Origin: a virus
Lineage: Duplodnaviria > Caudoviricetes
DNA: 36,328 nt
Reading direction: 5' to 3' (one strand)
Virus record (IMG/VR): IMGVR_UViG_3300037782_000008
Span: 1-36,328 of that record
Of the stretch, positions 6,853 through 15,244 are shown piece by piece. Both the position numbers and the translations under genes were made by a program. Every line of letters begins with the position of its first letter. Positions within the stretch are counted from its first letter, which is position 1. Below the pieces are notes generated by a model that saw only the letters and a list, made by a program, of their open reading frames with translations, had not been told where the DNA came from and ran no database searches.

Positions 6853-7308
6853 TCAGATGATTGCCCTAAACTTATCCGACACGCCCAGCGCGGTTGCAAG
6901 GGCGGTCATTTTTCGAAGCTGGTCGGGCCAGCCCTGGCCGTCGAGGATGTCAGGCCGGTGATGCTTGGCCCAGAGATAGGCGTCGAGCATGTCCACCAGC
7001 TTGAGCCGGTCGGATGCGGTGTATTCAATGCCGAGGCGGGCGGCGTTGATGTTCTCGGCGTCATCTAAGGCCTGCTTTAGTGCTGGCGTCTTGCGCTTTG
7101 CCAGCCCGCTAATGTCGCCCAGATTGACTTCTGCCACGTCGTGCAGGATTGCCGAGCGGAGCAGGTCGTGGTCGTCGGGGAACAGGTGCATTGCGAGGAC
7201 TGCGCAGCCCCATTGATGGTGCGCGTTGGTCTGTCCTGTTGAGGCTAGGTCGGGGTTGCTATGCCAGCGGCGCACAAAGCCGCTGCGCCATGTTTCGGTC
7301 GGGTTCAT
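6853..7308 (-). CDS. HD-domain phosphohydrolase (YfbR/5'-deoxynucleotidase-like)
   Basis: VRRWH...QTNAHHQW...AILHDVAE...GDI...LKLVDMLD motifs. Confidence 0.85.
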   Translation of the reverse strand: MNPTETWRSGFVRRWHSNPDLASTGQTNAHHQWGCAVLAMHLFPDDHDLLRSAILHDVAEVNLGDISGLAKRKTPALKQALDDAENINAARLGIEYTASDRLKLVDMLDAYLWAKHHRPDILDGQGWPDQLRKMTALATALGVSDKFRAII

Positions 7309-7309
7309 A

Positions 7310-7417
7310 TCACCACCCCATGCCATGTAGGATAACGAGTGCGGCGTAGCCGGTTCCGAAGATAGCGACGATGCCGAGGGCGTCACCGAGGAGTTCGAAG
7401 ATTGTTTTCCAGCTCAT
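7310..7417 (-). CDS. 35-aa membrane peptide MSWKTIFELLGDALGIVAIFGTGYAALVILHGMGW
   Basis: AAGGAAG RBS; first gene after the promoter; hydrophobic. Confidence 0.6.
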   Translation of the reverse strand: MSWKTIFELLGDALGIVAIFGTGYAALVILHGMGW

Positions 7418-7449
7418 GTCTTGCTTCCTTCTTGCTTGATACAGTTCTG

Positions 7450-7477
7450 ACCTTACCAAACGTGGCGGGGCGGTCAA
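7450..7477 (-). promoter_or_regulatory. Sigma70-type promoter for the 7417-5153 operon
   Basis: TTGACC-16-TAAGGT. Confidence 0.6.
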
Positions 7478-7489
7478 GGGAAACTCGTC

Positions 7490-7756
7490 TTATGCCGCTC
7501 GATAAACTATGCAAAGTCCATTTTTATATTTTCTAGTTACAAACCTTTTCCCGCCAGAGCATTGAGAAAGGTTCATTCTGAACATAGCCAATGTCAATTC
7601 TTCACCAACTGGATCAAAAACGTTTTTCAAAACCACTTTTTCCCCGACTTCCATTTTTTCTACAAATGCTGCAACAGCACCTTTTACCGTAAAAGGCCTG
7701 TGATCTGGATGACGATCATACGCAGCGTTTATTGTTACTTCCATTAAGTCAGCCAT
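7490..7756 (-). CDS. Small AT-rich hypothetical protein, possibly DNA-binding (88 aa)
   Basis: AGGAG RBS before ATG 7756; MEVGE...KRFVTRK...IVYR. DNA is visibly lower in GC than the flanks. Confidence 0.7.
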   Translation of the reverse strand: MADLMEVTINAAYDRHPDHRPFTVKGAVAAFVEKMEVGEKVVLKNVFDPVGEELTLAMFRMNLSQCSGGKRFVTRKYKNGLCIVYRAA

Positions 7757-7783
7757 GTTATGTCTCCTGTATGTGTAAAAAAT

Positions 7784-7812
7784 ACAATAAATAAAAAACA
7801 AAATACTGTCAA
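7784..7812 (-). promoter_or_regulatory. Strong sigma70 promoter
   Basis: TTGACA-17-TATTGT. Confidence 0.65.
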
Positions 7813-7819
7813 CAAAAAA

Positions 7820-8097
7820 ATAAATGTAGAACTTGTGGTAGATACATTTAGACATAAAGCATTGATAACAATGGATAATAATCCATCATCTACATCATCT
7901 ACATCTACTATATACTCTTTTTCTCTCTATTTTATCTAAAAACAGCCTCTTATGGGCTGCCTAAGATGTAGATATGTATCTGTCTCTATATGTCTATTAG
8001 GTGCGGAAGATGAAGATGATGGAGATGAAAGAAAAATCCCGCAAGAACAATGCCTTACGGGATTTTGCATCTTCTACGGCTTGTGGAAGATAGGGCG
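7820..8097. other. Putative replication origin
   Basis: AT-rich non-coding region directly downstream of the replication gene. It has CATCTAC repeats (about 7884-7908), inverted (G/T)AGATG copies, a perfect IHF consensus at 7855-7867 (minus) and hairpins at about 8032-8066 and 8069-8091. Confidence 0.6.
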
Positions 8098-9630
8098 CTA
8101 ATCTGCCCGAAACCACTTCAACACAACTTTTCCGCGATATTTGCGCCCCTCTTTCAACTTTATGCTGCCTTGCTCTTCAAGGTGCCTGCAAGTGGTTTCA
8201 ACCACCTCTTTTGACACCCTCAGCTTGTCAGCCAGCATTGCCGTGGTCAGTCCGTTGTCCGCGTCGATCAAGTTCAGCAGCCGCGCCGCCATCGCGTCCT
8301 CGGGCTTCTGCTTGGCATTATCATTCGCAAAGACAAGCTGCACCTTGAAGTCAATCTCGTCCTTCACAAAAGCAAAGGCCCAACGCACGTGTTCAAGCGT
8401 CCTGGTGCCACTTGGAATGGCAAGAACAAAGCTGATCTTCGCAATCAACTCATAGGCCCGCCGGATCATCGCAACGCTGGCCTCGCCGGTCTTTTCGCCC
8501 ATGTGGTCCGCATAGTCGATCAGCCAATCCGCAATGGCGTCCAGCGCGTCATTTGCGTCTGGCTCGGTCAAGATGTCCGTTCTGGCTTCGGCGTATTCAA
8601 CGCGCTCTTCTGATCCGCTATAGATAAGCCCCAGCTTGCCACCCATCATGATTGGCATATCCGCCTTTTTGAAGCCCCGGCGCGGGCGCGGGTTGATGTC
8701 GCGCTCCGAAACAATGATAGACCGGCCCACAAAGCCTTGAGTGGCTGTCTCACCATCCATCATGCCATCAAACGTGCTGGGCGTCGTAAAACCAATGATC
8801 GACAAGAATGGCCGCTCTAGACCGTTATCAATCATCGCCAGCATTCGGCTTGCTCGTTCCTCGGCTTTCTCGTCATCATTATCCATCGCCCGTGAAAGTT
8901 GCGCGGCAAACTGCTTGCGCAGCTCCCTGCTTACATCACCGCCAAGAATCATTCTGCTATTGGCCTTGGAATAGGCCGACATGATCGTGCCAAAGACGCC
9001 TTCAAGATAGGTCGCGCCACCGCGTTTTTGCGCCGATCTGACCTTGTTTAGAAATATGCCGATCTCGTCAATGCTGTAGCAACTGGCCTGATGCTCAATC
9101 AGGTTCCGAATGATCTCCTGTTCCGACTTAATCGTGCCTTGCAGCGCACCTTGTATACCTGCGGCAATGTGAAGATCGTTGAACGCTTGCATCACGGCTT
9201 CCTTGCCCGTGCTGGAACCGGCGACACAAAAAGCCAGAAGGTTGGCTGTAACGCCATCGCGAACATCATAGTGCGACATGCCGCCGATGTTGCCAATCGC
9301 GGTCATGGCAGCGGCCACGCAAAGCCTGCGGCGAGGATACCGGCATTGGCTATCAATCCAGTCCGTCACCTGACCGACAAACCCAGGCGGGCGGGTCAAG
9401 TCAACGTCCGACACGTCAATGGGAAGCGCAAAGTCATCTTCTTCCACATGCGCTGCCTCGAAATCATCATGGGTCGGCACCGCCATTGCCGCGCCTTCCT
9501 CGAAATCGGCAAAGTCGTCGCGGGTCAGGTTTTGCAGCGTGTCTTTGCGCTCTTGTTCCTTGTCTGCCTGCTGTTCGTCGTATGACTTGCCGGTATAATA
9601 ATCGCTCAGGTTCCAGTTGTTGCCTGTCAT
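8098..9630 (-). CDS. Replication protein: P-loop helicase-like domain (DUF3987-like, C-terminal part of primase-helicases) with C-terminal wHTH
   Basis: DLTRPPGFVG, Walker A AGSSTGKE, Walker B SIDEIG, GFTTPSTF, C-terminal LTTAMLADKLRVSKEVV. Confidence 0.75.
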   Translation of the reverse strand: MTGNNWNLSDYYTGKSYDEQQADKEQERKDTLQNLTRDDFADFEEGAAMAVPTHDDFEAAHVEEDDFALPIDVSDVDLTRPPGFVGQVTDWIDSQCRYPRRRLCVAAAMTAIGNIGGMSHYDVRDGVTANLLAFCVAGSSTGKEAVMQAFNDLHIAAGIQGALQGTIKSEQEIIRNLIEHQASCYSIDEIGIFLNKVRSAQKRGGATYLEGVFGTIMSAYSKANSRMILGGDVSRELRKQFAAQLSRAMDNDDEKAEERASRMLAMIDNGLERPFLSIIGFTTPSTFDGMMDGETATQGFVGRSIIVSERDINPRPRRGFKKADMPIMMGGKLGLIYSGSEERVEYAEARTDILTEPDANDALDAIADWLIDYADHMGEKTGEASVAMIRRAYELIAKISFVLAIPSGTRTLEHVRWAFAFVKDEIDFKVQLVFANDNAKQKPEDAMAARLLNLIDADNGLTTAMLADKLRVSKEVVETTCRHLEEQGSIKLKEGRKYRGKVVLKWFRAD

Positions 9631-9965
9631 TTATTCACCCACTCCCTGAATTTCGCCTTGCTCTCGGCATTCATGCGATTGAATCCCAAAGCCGCCAATC
9701 TCTTAGCTGCCTTGTTCGTGATCGGGGATGCTTCAAGTTCCATAACAGCAGCCGCCGTATATGCTTCAAGCTCTGTCTGAGTTGCAGAAGTTGCCCATAG
9801 CTTCGCGTCACTGCGGACAGTCTCTTGCATCAAAGCCACTTGTGGAAAATCAGCACCGTGATGTTCCAGCCAGTGAGTTACCGTCGCCATCGTCACGTCT
9901 GGATCGCCAGCGAGGCATTCGTTCAACGCGGTCCACAGTATAGACGCACGTTCCTCACTCGTCAT
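9627..9965 (-). CDS. Hypothetical protein, 112 aa (MTSEERASILW...)
   Basis: Coupled between the HTH gene and the replication gene (ATGA overlap). Confidence 0.7.
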   Translation of the reverse strand: MTSEERASILWTALNECLAGDPDVTMATVTHWLEHHGADFPQVALMQETVRSDAKLWATSATQTELEAYTAAAVMELEASPITNKAAKRLAALGFNRMNAESKAKFREWVNK

Positions 9966-10134
9966 CTTTGACGCCCAGATATTGCGCAAGAAGATTGTAT
10001 GTGGACTTGCTAACCTTGGTGATCTTGCCGCCCTTAATGCCACCAAGGGTCACGCGGTTGATGCCGGTTTCCTCCGAAACAACGCGGATCACCCTGTCCT
10101 GTAGAGCCGCCCGGATAGGTCCAATATTTTGCAT
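9955..10134 (-). CDS. Cro/CI-type HTH transcriptional regulator, 59 aa
   Basis: Hand-translated MQNIGPIRAALQDRVIRVVSEETGINRVTLGGIKGGKITKVSKSTYNLLAQYLGVKDDE; first gene of the leftward arm. Confidence 0.75.
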   Translation of the reverse strand: MQNIGPIRAALQDRVIRVVSEETGINRVTLGGIKGGKITKVSKSTYNLLAQYLGVKDDE

Positions 10135-10169
10135 TTCTTCACCCTAATTTGCATCTGTGTAAATTTCTT

Positions 10170-10196
10170 GTTGCACACCCCGAGGAAATGTGCAAC
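10170..10196. promoter_or_regulatory. Inverted repeat in the divergent control region (operator and/or face-to-face -35 elements)
   Basis: GTTGCACA-N11-TGTGCAAC between divergent operons. Confidence 0.5.
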
Positions 10197-10280
10197 CTTC
10201 TATCTACGGTTTCGACCGTAGCGGTGTTTGAAGCGTGTCGCCGCCACGCACGGCCAAGGGCCATAAAACAAGGATATGAT

Positions 10281-11033
10281 ATGTCTATCATGGAATCAGC
10301 TTCCGTGCCCGATATGGGTGCGCAAGTTATAACGATCTGCGGTGACGCAGGGCTGGGCAAGTCCTCACTTGCCGCAACTTTCCCCAAGCCAGTTTTTGTC
10401 AGGTGCGAAGATGGTGTAGCACGTGTGCCGGAAGCGTTCCGGCCCGCTGCATTGCCGGTTGTGCGCAACGAAGATCAGCTTTGGGATCAACTCAAGGCAC
10501 TGGTCCACGAAGAACATGACTTCAAGACTGCCGTGATCGACACCGTGTCGGCGGCTGACCGGATGTTTGTGCAATCCATTCTCAAGCAGGACGGCAAGGC
10601 ACGTTCTTTGAACCAAGCCCTCGGCGGATACGGTGCCGGTTTTTCGGCATTGGCAGCGCGTCACCAGCAAATTCGCAACGCCGCAGAAATGATGCGGATT
10701 AAGCGCGGCATGAATGTCGTGTTTCTCGCTCATACCGAGGTCGGCACGATGCGCCTGCCCGACATGGACGACTTTTCGCGTTACTCTCTGCGCATGACAC
10801 ATGACAAAAGCCTGCCGCCATATCTCGACGATGTGGACGCGGTTGGCTTCTTGCGTCAACGTATCGTGCTGCGGGGCGATGACGGCGACCGAAAGAAAGC
10901 CGTAAGCGACGACACGCGCGAACTGGTGATGCACGTCACAGCGGCGAATGTGTCAAAGAATGCCTATGGCATTACCGAACCCATCGAGGTGAAACTCGGT
11001 GAAAACCCCCTCGCTGAATATGTGAAAGGATAA
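10281..11033 (+). CDS. AAA_24 / Sak4-like ATPase (recombinase)
   Basis: Walker A GDAGLGKS, AVIDTV, YGAGF, VVFLAH; adjacent to SSB and exonuclease genes. Confidence 0.85.
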   Translation: MSIMESASVPDMGAQVITICGDAGLGKSSLAATFPKPVFVRCEDGVARVPEAFRPAALPVVRNEDQLWDQLKALVHEEHDFKTAVIDTVSAADRMFVQSILKQDGKARSLNQALGGYGAGFSALAARHQQIRNAAEMMRIKRGMNVVFLAHTEVGTMRLPDMDDFSRYSLRMTHDKSLPPYLDDVDAVGFLRQRIVLRGDDGDRKKAVSDDTRELVMHVTAANVSKNAYGITEPIEVKLGENPLAEYVKG

Positions 11034-11036
11034 GCG

Positions 11037-11645
11037 ATGTCATTTTGGGATTTGTCTGACGGTGGAGCCGCAAACGAAAACCCCGAGAAGGAATATGAGG
11101 TTCCTGGCGGAAGTATGGAGCCGATCCCGAACAACTCGGACGTGCTGGCATACATCAAAGCCGTGAAGTGGTCGAACAAACGCGATGCCACGGAACGGTT
11201 CATTGAGATCGAGTGGCGAGTTGAAGCGCCGGAAACCTTTGCAAACCGAGTGGTGTTTCAGAAGCTATGGGTTGCCGATTTGGACCCTTCGGCAAAGAGC
11301 GAAGAAAAGGGCAGGCAAAAGCGCGACAAGGCTCGCAAGATGCTTGCCACGATTGACGCTAATGCCAAAGGCCGCTTGATGCAGTCAAACGACATGCCGA
11401 CCGATGATAGCCTTTCGCTGGCGCTTGTGGATGCACGCATGGTGGTAAAGGTCATGGAATGGTCCATTGACGATGCCGCAACGGGCGAAACCATACGAGG
11501 CAACTGGATCAGCGCGGTAAAGCCGCGTGACGCAGAAACCAGTATCGGTGAGGCAATCAAGCCCAAGCCGTCCACAGGAGGCCAGACAACGCCTGCCGGT
11601 GCTGCGGGTGGTGGATTTGATATGGACGACGAGGTGCCGTTTTAA
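11037..11645 (+). CDS. Single-stranded DNA-binding protein (DUF669-like)
   Basis: Acidic C-terminus DMDDEVPF; follows the Sak4-like gene. Confidence 0.75.
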   Translation: MSFWDLSDGGAANENPEKEYEVPGGSMEPIPNNSDVLAYIKAVKWSNKRDATERFIEIEWRVEAPETFANRVVFQKLWVADLDPSAKSEEKGRQKRDKARKMLATIDANAKGRLMQSNDMPTDDSLSLALVDARMVVKVMEWSIDDAATGETIRGNWISAVKPRDAETSIGEAIKPKPSTGGQTTPAGAAGGGFDMDDEVPF

Positions 11646-12502
11646 TGGAACAACGCACCCAAGAATGGTATGCGGCCCGAAAGGGCCGTATTACCGCAAG
11701 CCTTGTCGGAGGTCTGCTTGATTGCGCCCCCTACATGAGCAAAGACGCAGCGTTTCGTGCCTTGGTCCGGTCCTGCCACGGCTTGCCCGACGAGTTTGAA
11801 GGCGACATTGCAACGGACTATGGCACCAATAACGAAGAACTGGCTGTCAAAGCCTATGAGATAGAAACCGGCAATACTGTTGTTCCTGCTGGCTTTGTGG
11901 CTTGGGATAACTGGCTTGGCGCAAGCCCGGATGGCTATATCGGCGACGATGGCCTGATCGAGATCAAATGCCCGTTTGGCAAGCGTAAAGACGAAGAGCC
12001 TGAGTTCGCCAGCATTGAAGATCAGCCGCACTATTATGCGCAAATTCAGGTGCAGTTGTTTGTCACGGGCCGGAAGTGGTGCCACTTTTGGCAATGGTCG
12101 CCGCACGGTTCGAAGCTGGAAATTGTTGAGTTCAGCCAGGATTGGATTGACGAAAACTTGCCGAAGCTGTTGGCGATTTGGCAAGATGCGCAAGAGGCTG
12201 ATCCAAATGAGTATGACGGCGAGGTTCGCAAGGTCATTGATACGCCGGAAGCGCAAAAGCTGATTGCGGAATATGATGAGCTTCGTGACGCAATCGACAA
12301 CGCCAATGCCCGCCGAAAGGACATTGTGGATCGTCTTGTGCAAATGTCAGGCGGTAAGGATGCCAAGGTCGCAGGACGAAACCTGACGCTAGTGAAGCAC
12401 AAAGGCTCTGTGTCTTACGCCAAGGCATTGGCAGAGATCGCGCCGGATGCTGACCTTGAGAAATGGAGAGGCAAGCCCTCGGAAAGCTGGCAGGTGAAGT
12501 GA
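11645..12502 (+). CDS. YqaJ/lambda-type exonuclease
   Basis: EQRTQEW...RKGRITAS...GASPDG...IEIKCP...YYAQIQ. Confidence 0.92.
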   Translation: MEQRTQEWYAARKGRITASLVGGLLDCAPYMSKDAAFRALVRSCHGLPDEFEGDIATDYGTNNEELAVKAYEIETGNTVVPAGFVAWDNWLGASPDGYIGDDGLIEIKCPFGKRKDEEPEFASIEDQPHYYAQIQVQLFVTGRKWCHFWQWSPHGSKLEIVEFSQDWIDENLPKLLAIWQDAQEADPNEYDGEVRKVIDTPEAQKLIAEYDELRDAIDNANARRKDIVDRLVQMSGGKDAKVAGRNLTLVKHKGSVSYAKALAEIAPDADLEKWRGKPSESWQVK

Positions 12503-12744
12503 CCCCCGACCAAGAAGCAAAAGCCAACCAGGCGGCAAACATGATCTTGGCGGAATTGGAGGCCGCCAAGACACCAGAAGAATGCGCCGCCATATCTGAG
12601 AAACACGCCAAGATATTCAAGCGACTGGAAGAAGTGCATCCAGTGCGGGCGATACACATCGTCAACTTGGCAAAGATGAAAAAAAGGGAGTTTGCAGAAA
12701 TGGAACGCAAAGAGCAGCAAGAACAAACGGAGTTGTGGGTATGA
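12499..12744 (+). CDS. Hypothetical protein, 81 aa
   Basis: GTGA and ATGA coupling with its neighbours. Confidence 0.7.
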   Translation: MTPDQEAKANQAANMILAELEAAKTPEECAAISEKHAKIFKRLEEVHPVRAIHIVNLAKMKKREFAEMERKEQQEQTELWV

Positions 12745-14567
12745 CCCTTCGCCCATATCAACAAGAAGCCCACGATGCAGCATGGCAGCATGTCAAAGGC
12801 AGCATTGACCCTTGCCTAATTGAAGCCGCGACAGGCGCGGGAAAGAGCCATATCATTGCAGCCTTGGCCCATACGATCCATGACCATACGGGCAAGCGTG
12901 TCTTGTGCCTCGCGCCAAGCGCAGAACTTGTGACCCAGAACCGGGAAAAGTTTTTAGCGACAGGCAATAAGGCCAGCATGTTTTCGGCAAGTGCAGGCGC
13001 GAAAGAGTTGCGCCATCCTGTAGTATTCGGATCACCGCTTACCGTCAAAAACAGGATTAGCCGGTTTACAAGTGGATATGCCGCCGTGATCGTGGATGAG
13101 GCACACGGCCTTACACCAACGCTCAAGAGCATTATTGAAGCGATGCGGAAAGAAAGCCCCATGCTGCGCGTGATCGGCACCACAGCAACGCCATATCGCT
13201 TGAATGAAGGCTACATTTTCAGCATCTGGACAAACGACCGCGTGAACGATGATAGCACCACAAGAGAGCCGTATTTCACAAAGCTGGTTAGCCGGATCAC
13301 GGCACCGCAGTTGATTAGCATGGGGTTTCTAACGCCTCCTACAGTCGGATCACCAAACGCCCAAGGCTATGATACTGGAAATATGAAGCTGAACAGCCGT
13401 GGGCAGTTTGACAAGGAAGATGTGGACCGGGCGTATAACGGCAAAGGGCGTCTTACGTCTGAAATTGTCGCAGATGTCATTGACCAGTGCCGCTATCGAA
13501 ATGGCGTCCTATTCTTTGCCGCGACCGTGCAACACGCTCAAGAGGTCATGGAAAGCCTGCCACCGCAGTTGTCTGCCATTGTGACAGGCTCAACACCAAA
13601 GAAAGAGCGAGACAACATACTGCGCCGCTTCAAGGCGCAAGAGATCAAGTATCTCGTCAATGTAGCCGTGCTAACCACTGGCTTTGACGCGCCTCACGTC
13701 GATTGCATTGCCATTCTGCGCAAGACAGAAAGCGCGGGATTGTGGACGCAGATCATGGGGCGCGGTCTGCGTCTGCATGAAGGCAAGCGCGATTGCTTGG
13801 TTCTGGATTATACCACCAACATTGACGATCACTTTCCCGATGGTGATTTGTTTGACCCGAAGATTGAGGCCAAACGCGCCAAAGGAAAAGGCGACGGCAT
13901 GGAAGCAGAATGCCCTGAATGCGGATATGAAAACATGTTCACGCCTAATCCTGAGTATGAAGATTACAGGACTGATGCAGCGGGTTATTGCGTTGATCTA
14001 AACGGTGTGCCGATTATGACGGATTACGGACCGCTGCCTGCGCATTATGGCAGACGGTGTTTTGGAATGCACAAGACAGGGCCGAAGGGAAAATATGAGC
14101 GTTGCACTTATCGCTGGACAAGCAAAGAATGCCCAAAGTGCCAGGAACCGAATGATCTTTCGGCTAGGTATTGCATCAAGTGCAAAGCCGAGATCGTTGA
14201 TCCGAATGAGAAGCTGGCCGCAGACTTCAAGCGCATCAAGAAAGACCCGACGCAGGTGCAGACCGATGAAGTGACCAGCATGGACTTGAGAGAAGGCGTT
14301 TCACAGGCTGGCAATCGCACGGTTCGAGCCGATTTTGTAACGCCTTGGAGATCGTTTTCGGTGTGGTTTGTGCCGGAAAGCAGAGGATGGAAGCAGCGGC
14401 AGGAGTGGGCTAATTTTCAAGCGGCAACAGAAAATGGTCCACCCCGCACCGTAACCTATCGCAAAGACCCTGAAAGCGGATTTTACCGCCTTTTAGGGCT
14501 AAACAAGGAGCCAGATCGTGAACCTGAAAAACCTTCCGTTTCCAGTTTTTGGGAACAAGCAGTTTAG
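12741..14567 (+). CDS. SF2 DEAH helicase, RadD/YejH-like, with C-terminal Zn-binding motifs
   Basis: LRPYQ, ATGAGKS, DEAH, TATP, LTTGFDAP, QIMGRGLR; CPEC, CPKC, CIKC. Confidence 0.93.
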   Translation: MTLRPYQQEAHDAAWQHVKGSIDPCLIEAATGAGKSHIIAALAHTIHDHTGKRVLCLAPSAELVTQNREKFLATGNKASMFSASAGAKELRHPVVFGSPLTVKNRISRFTSGYAAVIVDEAHGLTPTLKSIIEAMRKESPMLRVIGTTATPYRLNEGYIFSIWTNDRVNDDSTTREPYFTKLVSRITAPQLISMGFLTPPTVGSPNAQGYDTGNMKLNSRGQFDKEDVDRAYNGKGRLTSEIVADVIDQCRYRNGVLFFAATVQHAQEVMESLPPQLSAIVTGSTPKKERDNILRRFKAQEIKYLVNVAVLTTGFDAPHVDCIAILRKTESAGLWTQIMGRGLRLHEGKRDCLVLDYTTNIDDHFPDGDLFDPKIEAKRAKGKGDGMEAECPECGYENMFTPNPEYEDYRTDAAGYCVDLNGVPIMTDYGPLPAHYGRRCFGMHKTGPKGKYERCTYRWTSKECPKCQEPNDLSARYCIKCKAEIVDPNEKLAADFKRIKKDPTQVQTDEVTSMDLREGVSQAGNRTVRADFVTPWRSFSVWFVPESRGWKQRQEWANFQAATENGPPRTVTYRKDPESGFYRLLGLNKEPDREPEKPSVSSFWEQAV

Positions 14568-14934
14568 GGGCGATTGCCCTGTTGAAAGCATGGAGCAAGT
14601 AACATTCTTCAACAAGCTGCGGACTGAATACCCTGACACTTGGGGCGCAATTGCGCTGCATCCTCGCAACGAACAGAAGCTAAGAGGAGGTCAGCATAGG
14701 GCGCTGATCCGGCAAAAGGCCGAAGGCATGACGCCTGGGGCCTCTGATGTGATTATTCCTGGCCGTGTCTCTTTTGTCTGCGAGATCAAGCGGCAGGACC
14801 ACACCAAAAGCAAGTGGCAACCGAACCAGATTGAGTATCTGATAGCGGCTCAAAATGCAGGTGCGTTTGCTTGTGTTGCCTTGGGCTGGGAAGGTGCATG
14901 GGAAGCATTTAGCGAGTGGGTTTCCGGCAATTAG
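14518..14934 (+). CDS. VRR-NUC nuclease (Holliday junction resolvase-like)
   Basis: HPRNE...AEGMTPGASD...CEIKR...WQPNQIEYL. Confidence 0.88.
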   Translation: MNLKNLPFPVFGNKQFRGDCPVESMEQVTFFNKLRTEYPDTWGAIALHPRNEQKLRGGQHRALIRQKAEGMTPGASDVIIPGRVSFVCEIKRQDHTKSKWQPNQIEYLIAAQNAGAFACVALGWEGAWEAFSEWVSGN

Positions 14935-14956
14935 TTTGCGCTTTTGCAAATTATTT

Positions 14957-14986
14957 GTTGACCCCATTCCCAACTCATGCCTATAT
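14957..14986 (+). promoter_or_regulatory. Alphaproteobacterial-style sigma70 promoter
   Basis: GTTGAC-18-CTATAT, close to the rhizobial CTTGAC-N17-CTATAT consensus. Confidence 0.6.
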
Positions 14987-15016
14987 ACCGCCATGTCAAA
15001 GAAAGGAACTTACCCA

Positions 15017-15244
15017 ATGCCAAGATACACCCACAGCGACGACACGATTGAGGCGACTTTCGTTGCCGACGCCGAGATGGTTGACTACGGCGTTCCGGGC
15101 AGCCCGGTCTGGCCCGAGGTCATACCCGAGACAATCGAAATCCAGACGCTGGAAATACTCGGCGTTGACGTTGACCCCACCAAGCTGCCGAAGGACTTGC
15201 AGGCGGCGATCTTGGAACTTGCAGACGAAGGAGAGTTTGAATGA
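15017..15244 (+). CDS. Hypothetical acidic protein, 75 aa
   Basis: AAAGGA RBS before ATG 15017. Confidence 0.7.
   Translation: MPRYTHSDDTIEATFVADAEMVDYGVPGSPVWPEVIPETIEIQTLEILGVDVDPTKLPKDLQAAILELADEGEFE

Noticed and set aside
5153-7308. Z-genome (diaminopurine) or other base-modification pathway
   Set aside because: No PurZ, MazZ, DNA polymerase or modification enzyme is recognisable.
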